IMG/VR virus record: IMGVR_UViG_3300046778_000227
Coordinates: 1 to 36,362 of that record
Direction: 5' to 3' (one strand)
Length of the DNA: 36,362 nt
Source of the DNA: a virus
Taxonomy: Duplodnaviria > Caudoviricetes
Every line of letters begins with the position of its first letter. The first letter of the stretch is position 1. Positions 10,095 through 19,148 of this stretch are shown here, one piece after another. The notes below the pieces were generated by a model that was not told the origin of the DNA, did no database searches, and worked only from the letters and a program-made list of their open reading frames with translations. The position numbers were made by a program, and so were the translations under genes.

Positions 10095-10715
10095 ATGAAT
10101 TTACATTTTTCGATTTGCTATTGGTCTGGTGACTGGCCTAATGTCGCGCCTTTGGTCAATCAAATCAAGGCTTTATTTCCCCAGGCCACGATCGCATTTG
10201 TACCTGACGGAAGGTCGCCGTTAGCTCAAACGGGAAATTCTCACCTTAAGTCTAAGGACGGTGGGGCATGGATTGAGCGAATCCTGAATACTTGCCCTAG
10301 GAACTGTGATTTATTTTTTAAAGTCGAACCGGATATTACGTTTAAGCGGCTGCCCACGCATTGGCCGGATGCGGATTGGTTTGGGCATTGGTCTAAGCCT
10401 GTGGGTGCTAAGCATCCCCTGTTGCGCGGGGGTTTTTGGGGGTTTAGGCCCGTCGCCGTCGAGCGGATTTTGCAGTCTTGGCTATTGCAGGATGAATGCT
10501 ATTTGGCCGATCGATACAAGTACGATCGCTATGGTCGTTTTTTATTGCCCGGTGAAGTTCCAGGGCCCCCCGTCTATCACTGCGATAGCATCATGGCTTC
10601 GGTGTGCGATCGGGTGGGGATTGGGCCGACACCCTGGAGTGAGGTGTATCTGAATTTTAGGGAGCCTGTCCCTGAGAATATTGAAGATTATGCGATCGTC
10701 ACTTGTTCAGGCTAG
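10095..10715 (+). CDS. Glycosyltransferase (GT-A fold)-like protein
   Basis: N-terminal FSICYW...IKALFPQATIAFVPDG, FFKVEPD at the DxD-like position, and LRGGFWGF. Confidence 0.4.
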   Translation: MNLHFSICYWSGDWPNVAPLVNQIKALFPQATIAFVPDGRSPLAQTGNSHLKSKDGGAWIERILNTCPRNCDLFFKVEPDITFKRLPTHWPDADWFGHWSKPVGAKHPLLRGGFWGFRPVAVERILQSWLLQDECYLADRYKYDRYGRFLLPGEVPGPPVYHCDSIMASVCDRVGIGPTPWSEVYLNFREPVPENIEDYAIVTCSG

Positions 10716-10768
10716 ATAGAAGCCGTGGCTTTCGCTAGGTTAAGTGGGCCTGATTTTGGTGCCTAACT

Positions 10769-12904
10769 TTGGATCGTCCCACCTTTGACGAAATTGCATC
10801 GATCGCAGATGGCCGCGATATTACTCGGCCCTGGTTGGCTCCCTTGCTGGAGAGTCAAGATGAGATTTTGGAGACTAAAGGTGGGGGCGATTTGCTCGTC
10901 TATGAACAGGAATTGACGGATACGCAGATTGAGAGCGGCTACCAGCAACGGTTTAGTGCTTTTATTGGCTGTGAAACGGATGTGATTCCCGGTGGGAAGA
11001 AGCGCCTTGATATTAAGGCGGCTGACTTTGTGAGAGAGCAGCTTAGCGGGATTAATTGGGACGACATTTGTGAAAAGCAACTCTACGCCATCCATTACGG
11101 CTTTGGGGTGGCGGAATGTCTGTGGATGCGAGATGGGCAGAATATTGGGTTTGATGATACTCGCGATGGCATTCGGGTGCGGAATCGTCGGCGGTTTAAG
11201 TTTGCACCCGATCGCTCCCTGAGATTGATTGTGTGGGGCGATATGTTGCAGGGTGAGACGATGCCCGATCGGAAGTTTTGGGTGTTGCGAAGTGGGGGCG
11301 ATAATCACGATGAACCCTACGGACGCGGGCTAGGTCACAACCTCTACTGGCCCGTTTTCTTCAAACGCAATGATATGAAGTTCTGGCTGAGGTTTTTGGA
11401 GAAGTTTTCCCAGCCGACCGTGAAGGTGGAATATCCGTCTGGAATGCCCAAGGATGAGCAGGATAGGCTGTTGCAATCGGCCTATCGCATGGCATCGGCG
11501 TCGGCGTTGAAGGTGCCCCAAGGGACTGTGATTGATTTCTTGGAGGCGGGCAGATCTGGGACTGCGGACTATGTGAAGCTCTGGGAGTTGATGGATGCGG
11601 CGATTAGTAAGACTATTCTGTCGCAGACGATGACGACGGATAGTGGGTCGTCCTTGTCTCAGGCCCAGGTGCATGAGGGCGTTGCGGCGCGGCTGATTAA
11701 GCGCGATGCGGATTTGCTGTGCGGGTCGTTTAATCGATCGATCGTGCGGTGGCTGGTGGATTGGAATTATCCCGGCGCTGCCTATCCCAAGGTTTGGAGA
11801 AAGATTGATCCGGCTGAGGATTTGAAGGCAGTGGCCGATCGCGATCGGGTGTTGTTCGATATGGGCTTTAAGCTCACCCCAGAAAAGGTTGTTGAGGTCT
11901 ATGGCGAGGGCTATTACGATCCGTCCCAGCTTAAGGATGAGGCCCTTGATAAGCCGCCTTTGGTGAGTGTCTTGGGTGTGGATGGGACGACTGCGCTGGT
12001 GGGTTTCTTGCAGCAGATTGGACAGATGGGGTTAAAACGGGCGAATGCGATCGCGACGTTAACGGCGGTGTTTGGGATTGGGGCAAATGAGGCGGAGTTG
12101 ATGATTCCCGAACAGGCGGCGGCAGAGCCTGGTTTGGATCAGTTGTTTGATGCGGATACGGCCGCTCTACCCCCAGACGCGGCTGCAAATTCTGCTTTTG
12201 CTGAGGTGGAGTTTGCGGACAAGAAATGTAACCCGGCGAAGTCTCACCTCTGTATTGGGAAGACTGGAAAGGGGAGCTGCGTTAGTTTGACGAAGAAGTG
12301 TAGGGTTCCTGTGACGGGAGCAGCAAAGGAGGCTTCGGATTATACGGCGGCTCAGGCTAATCTTGAGACAGAGCAAGCAACCACTCTTGAACCTGCAAAG
12401 CCTCAGTCGATCGCCGATCGCATTCAATCAGGCGATTTGCCAGAACCTTTCGATCAAGAAAGATTTAATTTTGATGACCGGGATTTTGTTGTAAACGGTC
12501 CAGAAAAAGATAGCGAAGTCTCGCTTGGTGGAATTTACTACCAAAAAACGCTGGGTTTGACCGTGTTTACGATCGCGTTTGCTGTTGATGGAGAGTACGA
12601 AAGAGAAGACCCTGTAACGGGTGCTGAAAAAGCTCATAACAAAAGAGTGGCATTGGCTGTTTTGAAAGAAGCGAGAGATTGGGTTAAAGGGTTGCCGGAT
12701 GGTTTGATTGTCCACAACAATCCATCACAAGGGGATAGTGCAGCGAGTGGACGAGTCTCCATCTATTCGAGGGCGGGGTTTGGTCCGCTTGACGAAGAGG
12801 GATCGCAGTATGGGGTTGTCAAAGGTGGGAAGATTGTGCCATTAAATGAAAACGAAGCCAATCAATACTCTGAAGCTAGGGCTTCAAGGAAGAAAAAATT
12901 ATGA
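10769..12904 (+). CDS. Portal protein (Mu gp29/DUF935 family) with long C-terminal cargo extension
   Basis: AIHYGFGVAECLW, EPYGRGLGHNLYWPVFFK, WLRFLEKF, ISKTILSQTMTT and QAQVHEGV are DUF935 motifs; about 230 extra C-terminal residues. Confidence 0.9.
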   Translation: MDRPTFDEIASIADGRDITRPWLAPLLESQDEILETKGGGDLLVYEQELTDTQIESGYQQRFSAFIGCETDVIPGGKKRLDIKAADFVREQLSGINWDDICEKQLYAIHYGFGVAECLWMRDGQNIGFDDTRDGIRVRNRRRFKFAPDRSLRLIVWGDMLQGETMPDRKFWVLRSGGDNHDEPYGRGLGHNLYWPVFFKRNDMKFWLRFLEKFSQPTVKVEYPSGMPKDEQDRLLQSAYRMASASALKVPQGTVIDFLEAGRSGTADYVKLWELMDAAISKTILSQTMTTDSGSSLSQAQVHEGVAARLIKRDADLLCGSFNRSIVRWLVDWNYPGAAYPKVWRKIDPAEDLKAVADRDRVLFDMGFKLTPEKVVEVYGEGYYDPSQLKDEALDKPPLVSVLGVDGTTALVGFLQQIGQMGLKRANAIATLTAVFGIGANEAELMIPEQAAAEPGLDQLFDADTAALPPDAAANSAFAEVEFADKKCNPAKSHLCIGKTGKGSCVSLTKKCRVPVTGAAKEASDYTAAQANLETEQATTLEPAKPQSIADRIQSGDLPEPFDQERFNFDDRDFVVNGPEKDSEVSLGGIYYQKTLGLTVFTIAFAVDGEYEREDPVTGAEKAHNKRVALAVLKEARDWVKGLPDGLIVHNNPSQGDSAASGRVSIYSRAGFGPLDEEGSQYGVVKGGKIVPLNENEANQYSEARASRKKKL

Positions 12905-13083
12905 CGTTTGAACAATTTATGACAATTTTTCATGAGGAAGCGGAAAAGGCTGATGACGCGGGTCTGACCGAAGATGAGACTCTAGAAGCCTTTGACTCAA
13001 GGATAAAAGCGGAAGGCATCACTGAGGAAGAAAGCACCAAGTACCATGGAATGATGCTGGGTTCGATCTCGTACCTGATTTAA
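12901..13083 (+). CDS. Small acidic protein, candidate immunity protein for the portal extension
   Basis: 60 aa, very acidic, ATGA overlap with the portal stop. Confidence 0.45.
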   Translation: MTFEQFMTIFHEEAEKADDAGLTEDETLEAFDSRIKAEGITEEESTKYHGMMLGSISYLI

Positions 13084-13085
13084 AA

Positions 13086-13562
13086 ATGAATCTACCTAAA
13101 TCCCCCACTCCCGAACAACTCAAGACGATCGTACAAGCCATCCTCCGAGACCAATTGGAGGATGACGCGGTGGTAACGAAGTTGGAGATTCCCGGTGACA
13201 AAACCTGGACGGCTTACTACACCACCCAAAAGCGATCGTTTGTCTGTACGTACCAGGACGGCTATTTTGAAAAGGGTCCAGTGAACGCAACAGACTCCGT
13301 AGACTTTACGGAGTCTACGGACTTTGAAGAACCGGACACCGTTGATTTCTACACCGATCGCCTCCGCACCACAGCAGGCAAAGAGGTAGATGGGTGGGTG
13401 AGCCAAATATCGGGGCTACTCGACAGCGCCGGAGACCTGGCCAGTTTCAGCGAGACCCTGCTGACGCTGTACCCCGACCTGAAGGGCGATCGGTTGCGGG
13501 ATATTATGGGCGATGCAGTCTTGGCCGCGAGCATTGCGGGGAGTTTAGAAGGCGATGCCTAG
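13086..13562 (+). CDS. Protein carrying the detached C-terminal segment of DUF935 portals
   Basis: VDGWVSQISGLLDSAGDLASFSETLLTLYPDL...LRDIMGDAVLAASIAG resembles the usual portal C-terminus that overlaps the MuF start. Confidence 0.6.
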   Translation: MNLPKSPTPEQLKTIVQAILRDQLEDDAVVTKLEIPGDKTWTAYYTTQKRSFVCTYQDGYFEKGPVNATDSVDFTESTDFEEPDTVDFYTDRLRTTAGKEVDGWVSQISGLLDSAGDLASFSETLLTLYPDLKGDRLRDIMGDAVLAASIAGSLEGDA

Positions 13563-14769
13563 TTACCCGTGGCAACAACTTCCATTTCAAGAGGCGATCG
13601 ATTACTTTGCCACTAAGCAGAATATCGATACGGATTCGTGGCGGGATTTGCAGGGCCTCGACTACGACGTAGCCTTCGCGGTGGCCGGGGCGAAGGGGGC
13701 GCTGTTGCAGGATATGCGGGACGCGGTGGAGAAGGCGATCGAACAAGGGACGACGCTGCAAGAGTTTAGAAAAGATTTCGATCGGATTGTGCAGAGTCGA
13801 GGGTGGAGCTATAGCGGCGATCGGGACTGGAGAACCAATACCATTTACAACACCAATCTCCGCACGGCCTACGAGGGGGGACGGTGGGAACAGATTCAGC
13901 AGACTAAGGCCAAGCGCCCCTATTTGCAGTGGCGACATGGCGGCAGCCGTGACCCAAGACCGCTACATATTGCCCTCGATCGTAAAGTATTTAGCCTGGA
14001 CGATCCCTTCTGGCAGACCATGGGCAATCCTCCAGTGGGATATGGATGTCTTTGCCAAGTTTTTGCGTTGAGCGATCGGGATGTTGAGCGATTGGGGCTG
14101 AAGGTAGAAAAGGCTCCGGCGATCGGAACTGAATATAAGGGCATCCCTGTCGAGCCTGATCCGGGGTGGGGTGGTGGTCATGGGCGCAGCAACCCAGAGC
14201 AGCGACGTAAGCTCTTGGTCAGTATCACCCAACGACTTCAGCCTGCGTTAGCCGTCGCCGTCGAGCAAGAGGCGAGGTTTGCTTCACTTAGATTTAGCCA
14301 GGAATTTGGGGACGTTGAAAAGGCCCAGATGCAGGCGATTCGCGATCGGGTGGCTAGCGCAGCAGCGTCGCCAGATTTGCCCCGATCCGATGGGTTGTAC
14401 AGTGTGATTGATGAAATTGGCACGGCTCGGCCTGAGCTTTTTCGTGGGGTGGTTGATGGGCTAGGAGACTTGCAAGCGATGGCGATCGTGACCAATACGA
14501 ATGATGCTTTAGTTTTGAATCACTTGGTTTCAGCCCCATGGAATCTACGTGGAATGGCCATGACAGGTCAGCAGCTAAAAGGGGCAGGAAGTCGTCTAAT
14601 TGCTGATGTCGTGAGGGAAAGCATCGAGTTAGGATATGAGGGCAGAATCCGTTTGAGTCCTAGCCCTGATGTCGTTGGTTTTTATCAGAAGCTTGGGTTC
14701 ATAGGTGAGGGCGATCGGATGGTTCTGCGACCGGATGCTGCAAAAAAACTGATGGAGAGATTCCCATGA
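13555..14769 (+). CDS. MuF (Mu gp30/SPP1 gp7) minor head protein with C-terminal GNAT-like domain
   Basis: LPFQEAIDYF, AFAVAGA, TIYNTNLRTAY, RPLH, PPVGYGCLC; C-terminal KGAGSRLIADVVRES...VVGFYQKLGF matches GNAT motifs A and B. Confidence 0.9.
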   Translation: MPSYPWQQLPFQEAIDYFATKQNIDTDSWRDLQGLDYDVAFAVAGAKGALLQDMRDAVEKAIEQGTTLQEFRKDFDRIVQSRGWSYSGDRDWRTNTIYNTNLRTAYEGGRWEQIQQTKAKRPYLQWRHGGSRDPRPLHIALDRKVFSLDDPFWQTMGNPPVGYGCLCQVFALSDRDVERLGLKVEKAPAIGTEYKGIPVEPDPGWGGGHGRSNPEQRRKLLVSITQRLQPALAVAVEQEARFASLRFSQEFGDVEKAQMQAIRDRVASAAASPDLPRSDGLYSVIDEIGTARPELFRGVVDGLGDLQAMAIVTNTNDALVLNHLVSAPWNLRGMAMTGQQLKGAGSRLIADVVRESIELGYEGRIRLSPSPDVVGFYQKLGFIGEGDRMVLRPDAAKKLMERFP

Positions 14770-14915
14770 CCCCAGAACAAAAAGAACTACAAAAAGCGAT
14801 CGAAGCACTGGACGAGATCGGCGTGATTTGCACCGATGGTTCAAGTGCAGCGGACATCATCGCAAACGGCCAAGCACCAACCCCAAAAGTCAAACCAGAG
14901 CCGAAACCCGCCTAA
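14766..14915 (+). CDS. 49-aa ORF, candidate immunity protein for the MuF GNAT domain
   Basis: Not in the ORF track (<60 aa); MTPEQKELQKAIEALDEIGVICTDG...; ATGA overlap with the MuF stop. Confidence 0.5.
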   Translation: MTPEQKELQKAIEALDEIGVICTDGSSAADIIANGQAPTPKVKPEPKPA

Positions 14916-14918
14916 AAG

Positions 14919-14963
14919 TTTGCGGGGCATTTCGCACCGTAATCTGTCAAAATGCCCCGCAAA
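14919..14963. repeat. Dispersed palindromic element, copy 1
   Basis: TTTGCGGGGCAT-N21-ATGCCCCGCAAA. Confidence 0.95.
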
Positions 14964-14976
14964 CTTTGGAGCAATC

Positions 14977-15414
14977 ATGGCCCAAATCATTGTCGAAGAT
15001 ACTCAACTCCAAAGCGCGATCGATGCCCTGGTCACTCGTATGGGGGATCTGCGTCAACCGATGGCGGATATCGGGGAGTACATGCTGCTCAGCGCCCGCG
15101 ATCGGTTTGATGGCCAGAAAGACCCGGAGGGCCGATCGTGGACACCTTTGACCCCCAACTATGCCAGACGTAAGGCGAAGAGTTCGCGGGCGTTGAAGGG
15201 GATTTTGACGTACTCAGGGATATTGCGGGATACGATCGCGTACCGGGCGGATGCGGTATCGGTGACGGTGGGCAGTAACCGAATCTATGCGCCGATTCAG
15301 CAGCTCGGTGGGAAGACGGGGCGCGGTGGGACGATTCCGCCTCGGCCTTTTTTGGGGGTGAGCGCAGCCGATCGGACTGAGATTGCGGCGATCGTGGCGG
15401 ATTGGCTTAGTTGA
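14977..15414 (+). CDS. Virion morphogenesis protein (Mu gpG / tail completion S-like)
   Basis: RDRFDGQKDPEGRSWTPL, ILTYSGILRDTI, VGSNRIYAPIQQLGG, IPPRPFLGVS; start at ATG 14977 after GGAG. Confidence 0.88.
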   Translation: MAQIIVEDTQLQSAIDALVTRMGDLRQPMADIGEYMLLSARDRFDGQKDPEGRSWTPLTPNYARRKAKSSRALKGILTYSGILRDTIAYRADAVSVTVGSNRIYAPIQQLGGKTGRGGTIPPRPFLGVSAADRTEIAAIVADWLS

Positions 15415-16660
15415 TGGTTGTGACTGCTGTAATAATGGCGGCGGTGGCTGGGATTTTGGCGGCTTCGACTGTTTGATTGGTGGTGATGCGATCGAGTCCG
15501 GTGACGGTGATGGTGATGAGTCCTGGGCCTGATTTGAGGTTGTTGAGTTGAGTGAAGCTGCTGGTGATGTTGGTGAATTGACCCTCGGTGTACATGCCGC
15601 TGGGCAGATTCTGAACAGGGGTTGTGACCGTCCCTAGAAAATCATTGAAGAGGTATGGATAAAATTGGGTTGTTGGCGTTGGTGGGGTCGTTTGGTTTAG
15701 CTGTTCAAAGTATCCAGAATAGTCCCCAGTCATGTAGTCCTCAGAGTCATATCTCAATATCACTGAGGTCCGATCGACCTTGATTGTGGACCAATACCGA
15801 GTATAGGCATCGCCTGTGTTTGAGAAGCCAATATCGGCAAAGTCATTTGTTTTGGAAAGGATTGCAGTCCCAGGGAAAAAGGCTCGTGGGAGGTTGACCG
15901 AGTAGCTCCAATTGTCCCCATTCGTCGGGATGGTGAAGGCCGATCGGTTAAAGGCCCATTGCCCAGCCTTCCAGACGTAGGAGTTTCCAGCGCCCTGGAA
16001 TTGATTGGGTGACGTGTTGTCTCGTAGGATTGTGGTTCCAAATCCCACATAGCCAGAGCCTCCAGCGACTGCACCGATCGGGAAATTGTCCGGTGATGCG
16101 GGCGAGTTGTAGACGGCTCCCTCTGAGTCCACGCTACTAATCGTTCCGGATGTCGATCGTCTCGTGACAATCCAGCCTGAGCTGTCGGCCCAGAAGTCAT
16201 AGGTCCAGATTGGGTTGCCTGCGACGATCGGTAAGAGTACTTCTTCTGAGTCGTCCTGATGTCCACCAACCCAAAATCTACCGTCGTCAAAAAAGAGGAT
16301 ATGAATCGGGCCTTTGGTGCCTTTCTTGGGTTCGGGAATCTCGAAGACGCGGCCCTCTCGGTAGAGCTTTGCGGGGGCGAGGGGCTGTGGGGTGTTGGGG
16401 GCTTCGGCTCCTTTGAGGCTGTCGATCGTCCTCAGTCCATCGGTGCGATCGGTGCTGAGTACAGGTGTGCCGGGTTCGACCTGGGCGCTAAAGATTTTGA
16501 TTCCGTCGCGGCGACTGCTTCCGTCTGGGCCGATGACGCTGTATTTCCCGGTCTCGGTGTCTCGGTTTCCAATTCTACTCACGCCGTTGGCCGATCGTCG
16601 CTGTTCGATTGCTTGCTGTTGCGCTTGGCGTTGGCGGGTGCGTTGGTCGTCGATCGTCAT
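15407..16660 (-). CDS. Putative tail fibre/receptor-binding protein
   Basis: 417 aa with a Thr/Ser/Gly/aromatic-rich beta-type C-terminal half; transcribed opposite to the other virion genes. Confidence 0.4.
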   Translation of the reverse strand: MTIDDQRTRQRQAQQQAIEQRRSANGVSRIGNRDTETGKYSVIGPDGSSRRDGIKIFSAQVEPGTPVLSTDRTDGLRTIDSLKGAEAPNTPQPLAPAKLYREGRVFEIPEPKKGTKGPIHILFFDDGRFWVGGHQDDSEEVLLPIVAGNPIWTYDFWADSSGWIVTRRSTSGTISSVDSEGAVYNSPASPDNFPIGAVAGGSGYVGFGTTILRDNTSPNQFQGAGNSYVWKAGQWAFNRSAFTIPTNGDNWSYSVNLPRAFFPGTAILSKTNDFADIGFSNTGDAYTRYWSTIKVDRTSVILRYDSEDYMTGDYSGYFEQLNQTTPPTPTTQFYPYLFNDFLGTVTTPVQNLPSGMYTEGQFTNITSSFTQLNNLKSGPGLITITVTGLDRITTNQTVEAAKIPATAAIITAVTTIN

Positions 16661-16664
16661 AAGG

Positions 16665-16676
16665 TTTGCGGGGCAT
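16665..16676. repeat. Lone half-site of the dispersed palindromic element
   Basis: TTTGCGGGGCAT with no partner arm 21 nt downstream; 4 nt upstream of the 16660 start codon. Confidence 0.85.
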
Positions 16677-16732
16677 TTTGAGGGTTAAGCGATCGGCTCA
16701 ATTCGATTTCATTGATTTTGAGGAGCCATTTA

Positions 16733-16777
16733 TTTGCGGGGCATTCTCAAGATTGAATCTTTGAAATGCCCCGCAAA
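16733..16777. repeat. Dispersed palindromic element, copy 2
   Basis: TTTGCGGGGCAT-N21-ATGCCCCGCAAA. Confidence 0.95.
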
Positions 16778-16779
16778 TA

Positions 16780-17022
16780 TTACTGAAAAATGCTGGCTGT
16801 ACCTTCAATTCGAGCCTGGGCTAAAGCTGCGTAGAAATTTGCTAGACCGGGATTGTTTTCCCGATCGATCGCCTCTTGTTTTAGGTTCATGGCTTCTTGC
16901 AAATTGAGCATATTGTTAATCTGTTGAGATTGGCGAAGAGTGCCGATCGCATACTCTAAATCAAGTGGGTCGATCGATTCACTGTCAATATTTAGGGCGT
17001 TAAGAAGGTCATTGATATCCAT
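16780..17022 (-). CDS. Hypothetical 80-aa protein
   Basis: MDINDLLNAL...; starts 5 nt after the HNH stop; last gene of the leftward operon. Confidence 0.55.
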   Translation of the reverse strand: MDINDLLNALNIDSESIDPLDLEYAIGTLRQSQQINNMLNLQEAMNLKQEAIDRENNPGLANFYAALAQARIEGTASIFQ

Positions 17023-17027
17023 GATGT

Positions 17028-17354
17028 CTACCTTTGCGAGAGAAGTTTGTAGCCTAGCACTAGCCTGGATTTCGCGGCATCGGTGTTTCGGTTCCGATCG
17101 GCTTGATTCGTTACCCAGTGTGTTGACGAATGACACCCATTTGGATTGCTTTTGCTATGGCAATTTTTACAAACTGGAAAAACATGAATACCGGGTACTT
17201 CACGGTCTTTGATTGGCCCGTCTCTGTCCCTATAACAGGCATGGTGAACCTGCTCAGAATTCCGAATCAAACACCAACAACATTTTCCGCCTGTGGCTGT
17301 GTGAGCCAAGAAGAGAAATGGTCGGTCCCAATGTTCGCCATAACGATCGGTCAT
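17028..17354 (-). CDS. HNH-like zinc-binding endonuclease
   Basis: CCWC...QVHHACY...VFPVCKNCH pattern. Confidence 0.7.
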   Translation of the reverse strand: MTDRYGEHWDRPFLFLAHTATGGKCCWCLIRNSEQVHHACYRDRDGPIKDREVPGIHVFPVCKNCHSKSNPNGCHSSTHWVTNQADRNRNTDAAKSRLVLGYKLLSQR

Positions 17355-18841
17355 GGCATATTCCTCAAAACATGTTTCAGCTCTGCAAGATGCTCTCCAC
17401 TCAAGCCCTTCCCGGTCAGTCTGGTGAATTCACGGACTAGGGCAATATCTGCACCTGGATTCTTGGTCACGAAGATTTTTAGCAGGGCTAGATAGTCACC
17501 CTGAACTTGTTCATCTGCTGCCACCACTGGGTTCTCCGCAGGACGGGGAGATTCGGGACCATTGACGACGACGGGAGCCACGATCGGAATTCCTGAGATT
17601 TGCAGTTTTTTATCAGCGAATCTGACGCAGACATACCGATCGCCTGTCTTCTGGGGATAGAGCGAAACTTCGTCTACGATCGCCCCAGCCTTGCCTGGTT
17701 GTAGGCCGATGTTAACGTAGTTGTCAGACATCTGGGCCGCTCTCCAAAGCAATACAATCTCAAGCTGTTGCAGTATGTTTTTAGGGATGCACAGCGAACC
17801 TACGGCGAGTGTTTGCGTTCCGATTTTGAATGTCACTTTCTGTTTTAATCCACGTCGCAGGATGTTAGCGATTGCCCTTACAGCTTCTTTCTGTTCCGCT
17901 TCCGTCCACATCCCCATGAGTGCAGGAACTTCATCCATAATGAAAAGCGCTGGATCAAATTGTGGCTTCTGTTCTTTTTTCGATAAAGCTTTTGCCGTTG
18001 CACCAGCCCGATCGTCTACCAGTTTAGAAATTTTCACAAGGACACTGAAGCAGTCCGTGGACTTGATAAAGACGTGACGCCCAACTTCTAGGTCTAGCCA
18101 AGTGTTGGGCGGTGAATCATCGTGCGAACTCCCGTAGTCTGGGTCACAAATCCAAACTGAACCCCGATCGCCATGCTCGCGGATGAACCCGGCCAGGACG
18201 ATATTGGTCAGCAGGAACGATTTCCCGTCTTTGGTCTCGCCCACGATCGCGCCACACCGTTTCGCCCATTGGCCGAACCAATCGATCGCCAATTCTTCCG
18301 ATGCCCGATCGCTGATGGTTTGTTCTAATGTCGCCTGGGCCATCAATCTAGCCGGGATGTCTAGCCCCTCGGCAACCACCTCAGCATCGACAGCGATCGT
18401 CTCTTCTTGGGGATTCACTAGGTCTAGCAAGTTCCAGCGCCTGAGTGCCCCAAATTGCATGGATTCAGGAAGCCTTGAGACAATCTCTAGGGACTTCATC
18501 CAACCTTGGGCCTCTTTGCCTCGCATGGTTGTCTCATGCGAGATGTTCAAGTCTGCGGCGAGATGCTGACGACTGGCCTGGTCAAATTGCTGCCCCATCC
18601 GTTGCAGGGTTGTGTCCCGGCGAATGGAGTAGGCTCCGGCGAGTGGACAGCCGATCGCCCCGACATATAGCCCAGCCTTTAGCCAGTTGGGGGCTGAGTC
18701 GCGGAAGGCGAAAACGCCGCCTAAACTCACGACTCCGGCGACGATGAGGCCGATCGCGACCTTCTGACGACGATCGGCTTCGGCGGTGACACCTTCTCCA
18801 ATCTGGTAGGTCTGTTTTAGTTGGTCAAAGGACGGATTCAT
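17351..18841 (-). CDS. Membrane-anchored FtsK/HerA-superfamily P-loop ATPase
   Basis: Two N-terminal hydrophobic helices; Walker A GETKDGKS, VWICDP, Walker B LFIMDEVP, and ILRRGLKQKVTFKIGTQ (arginine finger/TQ motif); likely start MNPSF at 18841. Confidence 0.75.
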   Translation of the reverse strand: MNPSFDQLKQTYQIGEGVTAEADRRQKVAIGLIVAGVVSLGGVFAFRDSAPNWLKAGLYVGAIGCPLAGAYSIRRDTTLQRMGQQFDQASRQHLAADLNISHETTMRGKEAQGWMKSLEIVSRLPESMQFGALRRWNLLDLVNPQEETIAVDAEVVAEGLDIPARLMAQATLEQTISDRASEELAIDWFGQWAKRCGAIVGETKDGKSFLLTNIVLAGFIREHGDRGSVWICDPDYGSSHDDSPPNTWLDLEVGRHVFIKSTDCFSVLVKISKLVDDRAGATAKALSKKEQKPQFDPALFIMDEVPALMGMWTEAEQKEAVRAIANILRRGLKQKVTFKIGTQTLAVGSLCIPKNILQQLEIVLLWRAAQMSDNYVNIGLQPGKAGAIVDEVSLYPQKTGDRYVCVRFADKKLQISGIPIVAPVVVNGPESPRPAENPVVAADEQVQGDYLALLKIFVTKNPGADIALVREFTRLTGKGLSGEHLAELKHVLRNMP

Positions 18842-19145
18842 AGCTATCCTCCAGTGGAATTGTGGGGGTGTAGGTCCAGTGTCCGACGCCGATGATGGTC
18901 CAGTAGAGGACGATCGTGACCAGGGCACACAGTCCAAAATTAACCAAAATCGGATTTAGGCCACGGTTGTAGGAGATGTACGATCGGCTCTGGGTTAAGC
19001 CTGTGGCGGCAAAGATGCCCACAACAACGACGGTAGCAATCAGATGAAGCCCGTTGAGATTGGGCATTGCGGCGCTGAGAAATCCAAAAAACAGCGCTCC
19101 TGAGAACGCTGATAATCCGATGGAGAAATATTGCAGTGGGACCAT
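18825..19145 (-). CDS. Small integral membrane protein (about 3 TM)
   Basis: Three hydrophobic stretches in 106 aa. Confidence 0.7.
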   Translation of the reverse strand: MVPLQYFSIGLSAFSGALFFGFLSAAMPNLNGLHLIATVVVVGIFAATGLTQSRSYISYNRGLNPILVNFGLCALVTIVLYWTIIGVGHWTYTPTIPLEDSYESVL

Positions 19146-19148
19146 GAC

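Noticed and set aside
14836-14976. N-terminal extension of gpG, and similar ORFs reading through palindromes (27792-28004, 27991-28062, 30199-30540)
   Set aside because: These are translations of the palindromic elements (FAGH/LRGI...KCPAN/NAPQ); better starts with an RBS lie downstream, or the ORF is antisense to a real gene
15407-16660. Diversity-generating retroelement target or Gin-type invertible fibre segment
   Set aside because: No reverse transcriptase, template/variable repeat pair, invertase or second fibre allele is visible
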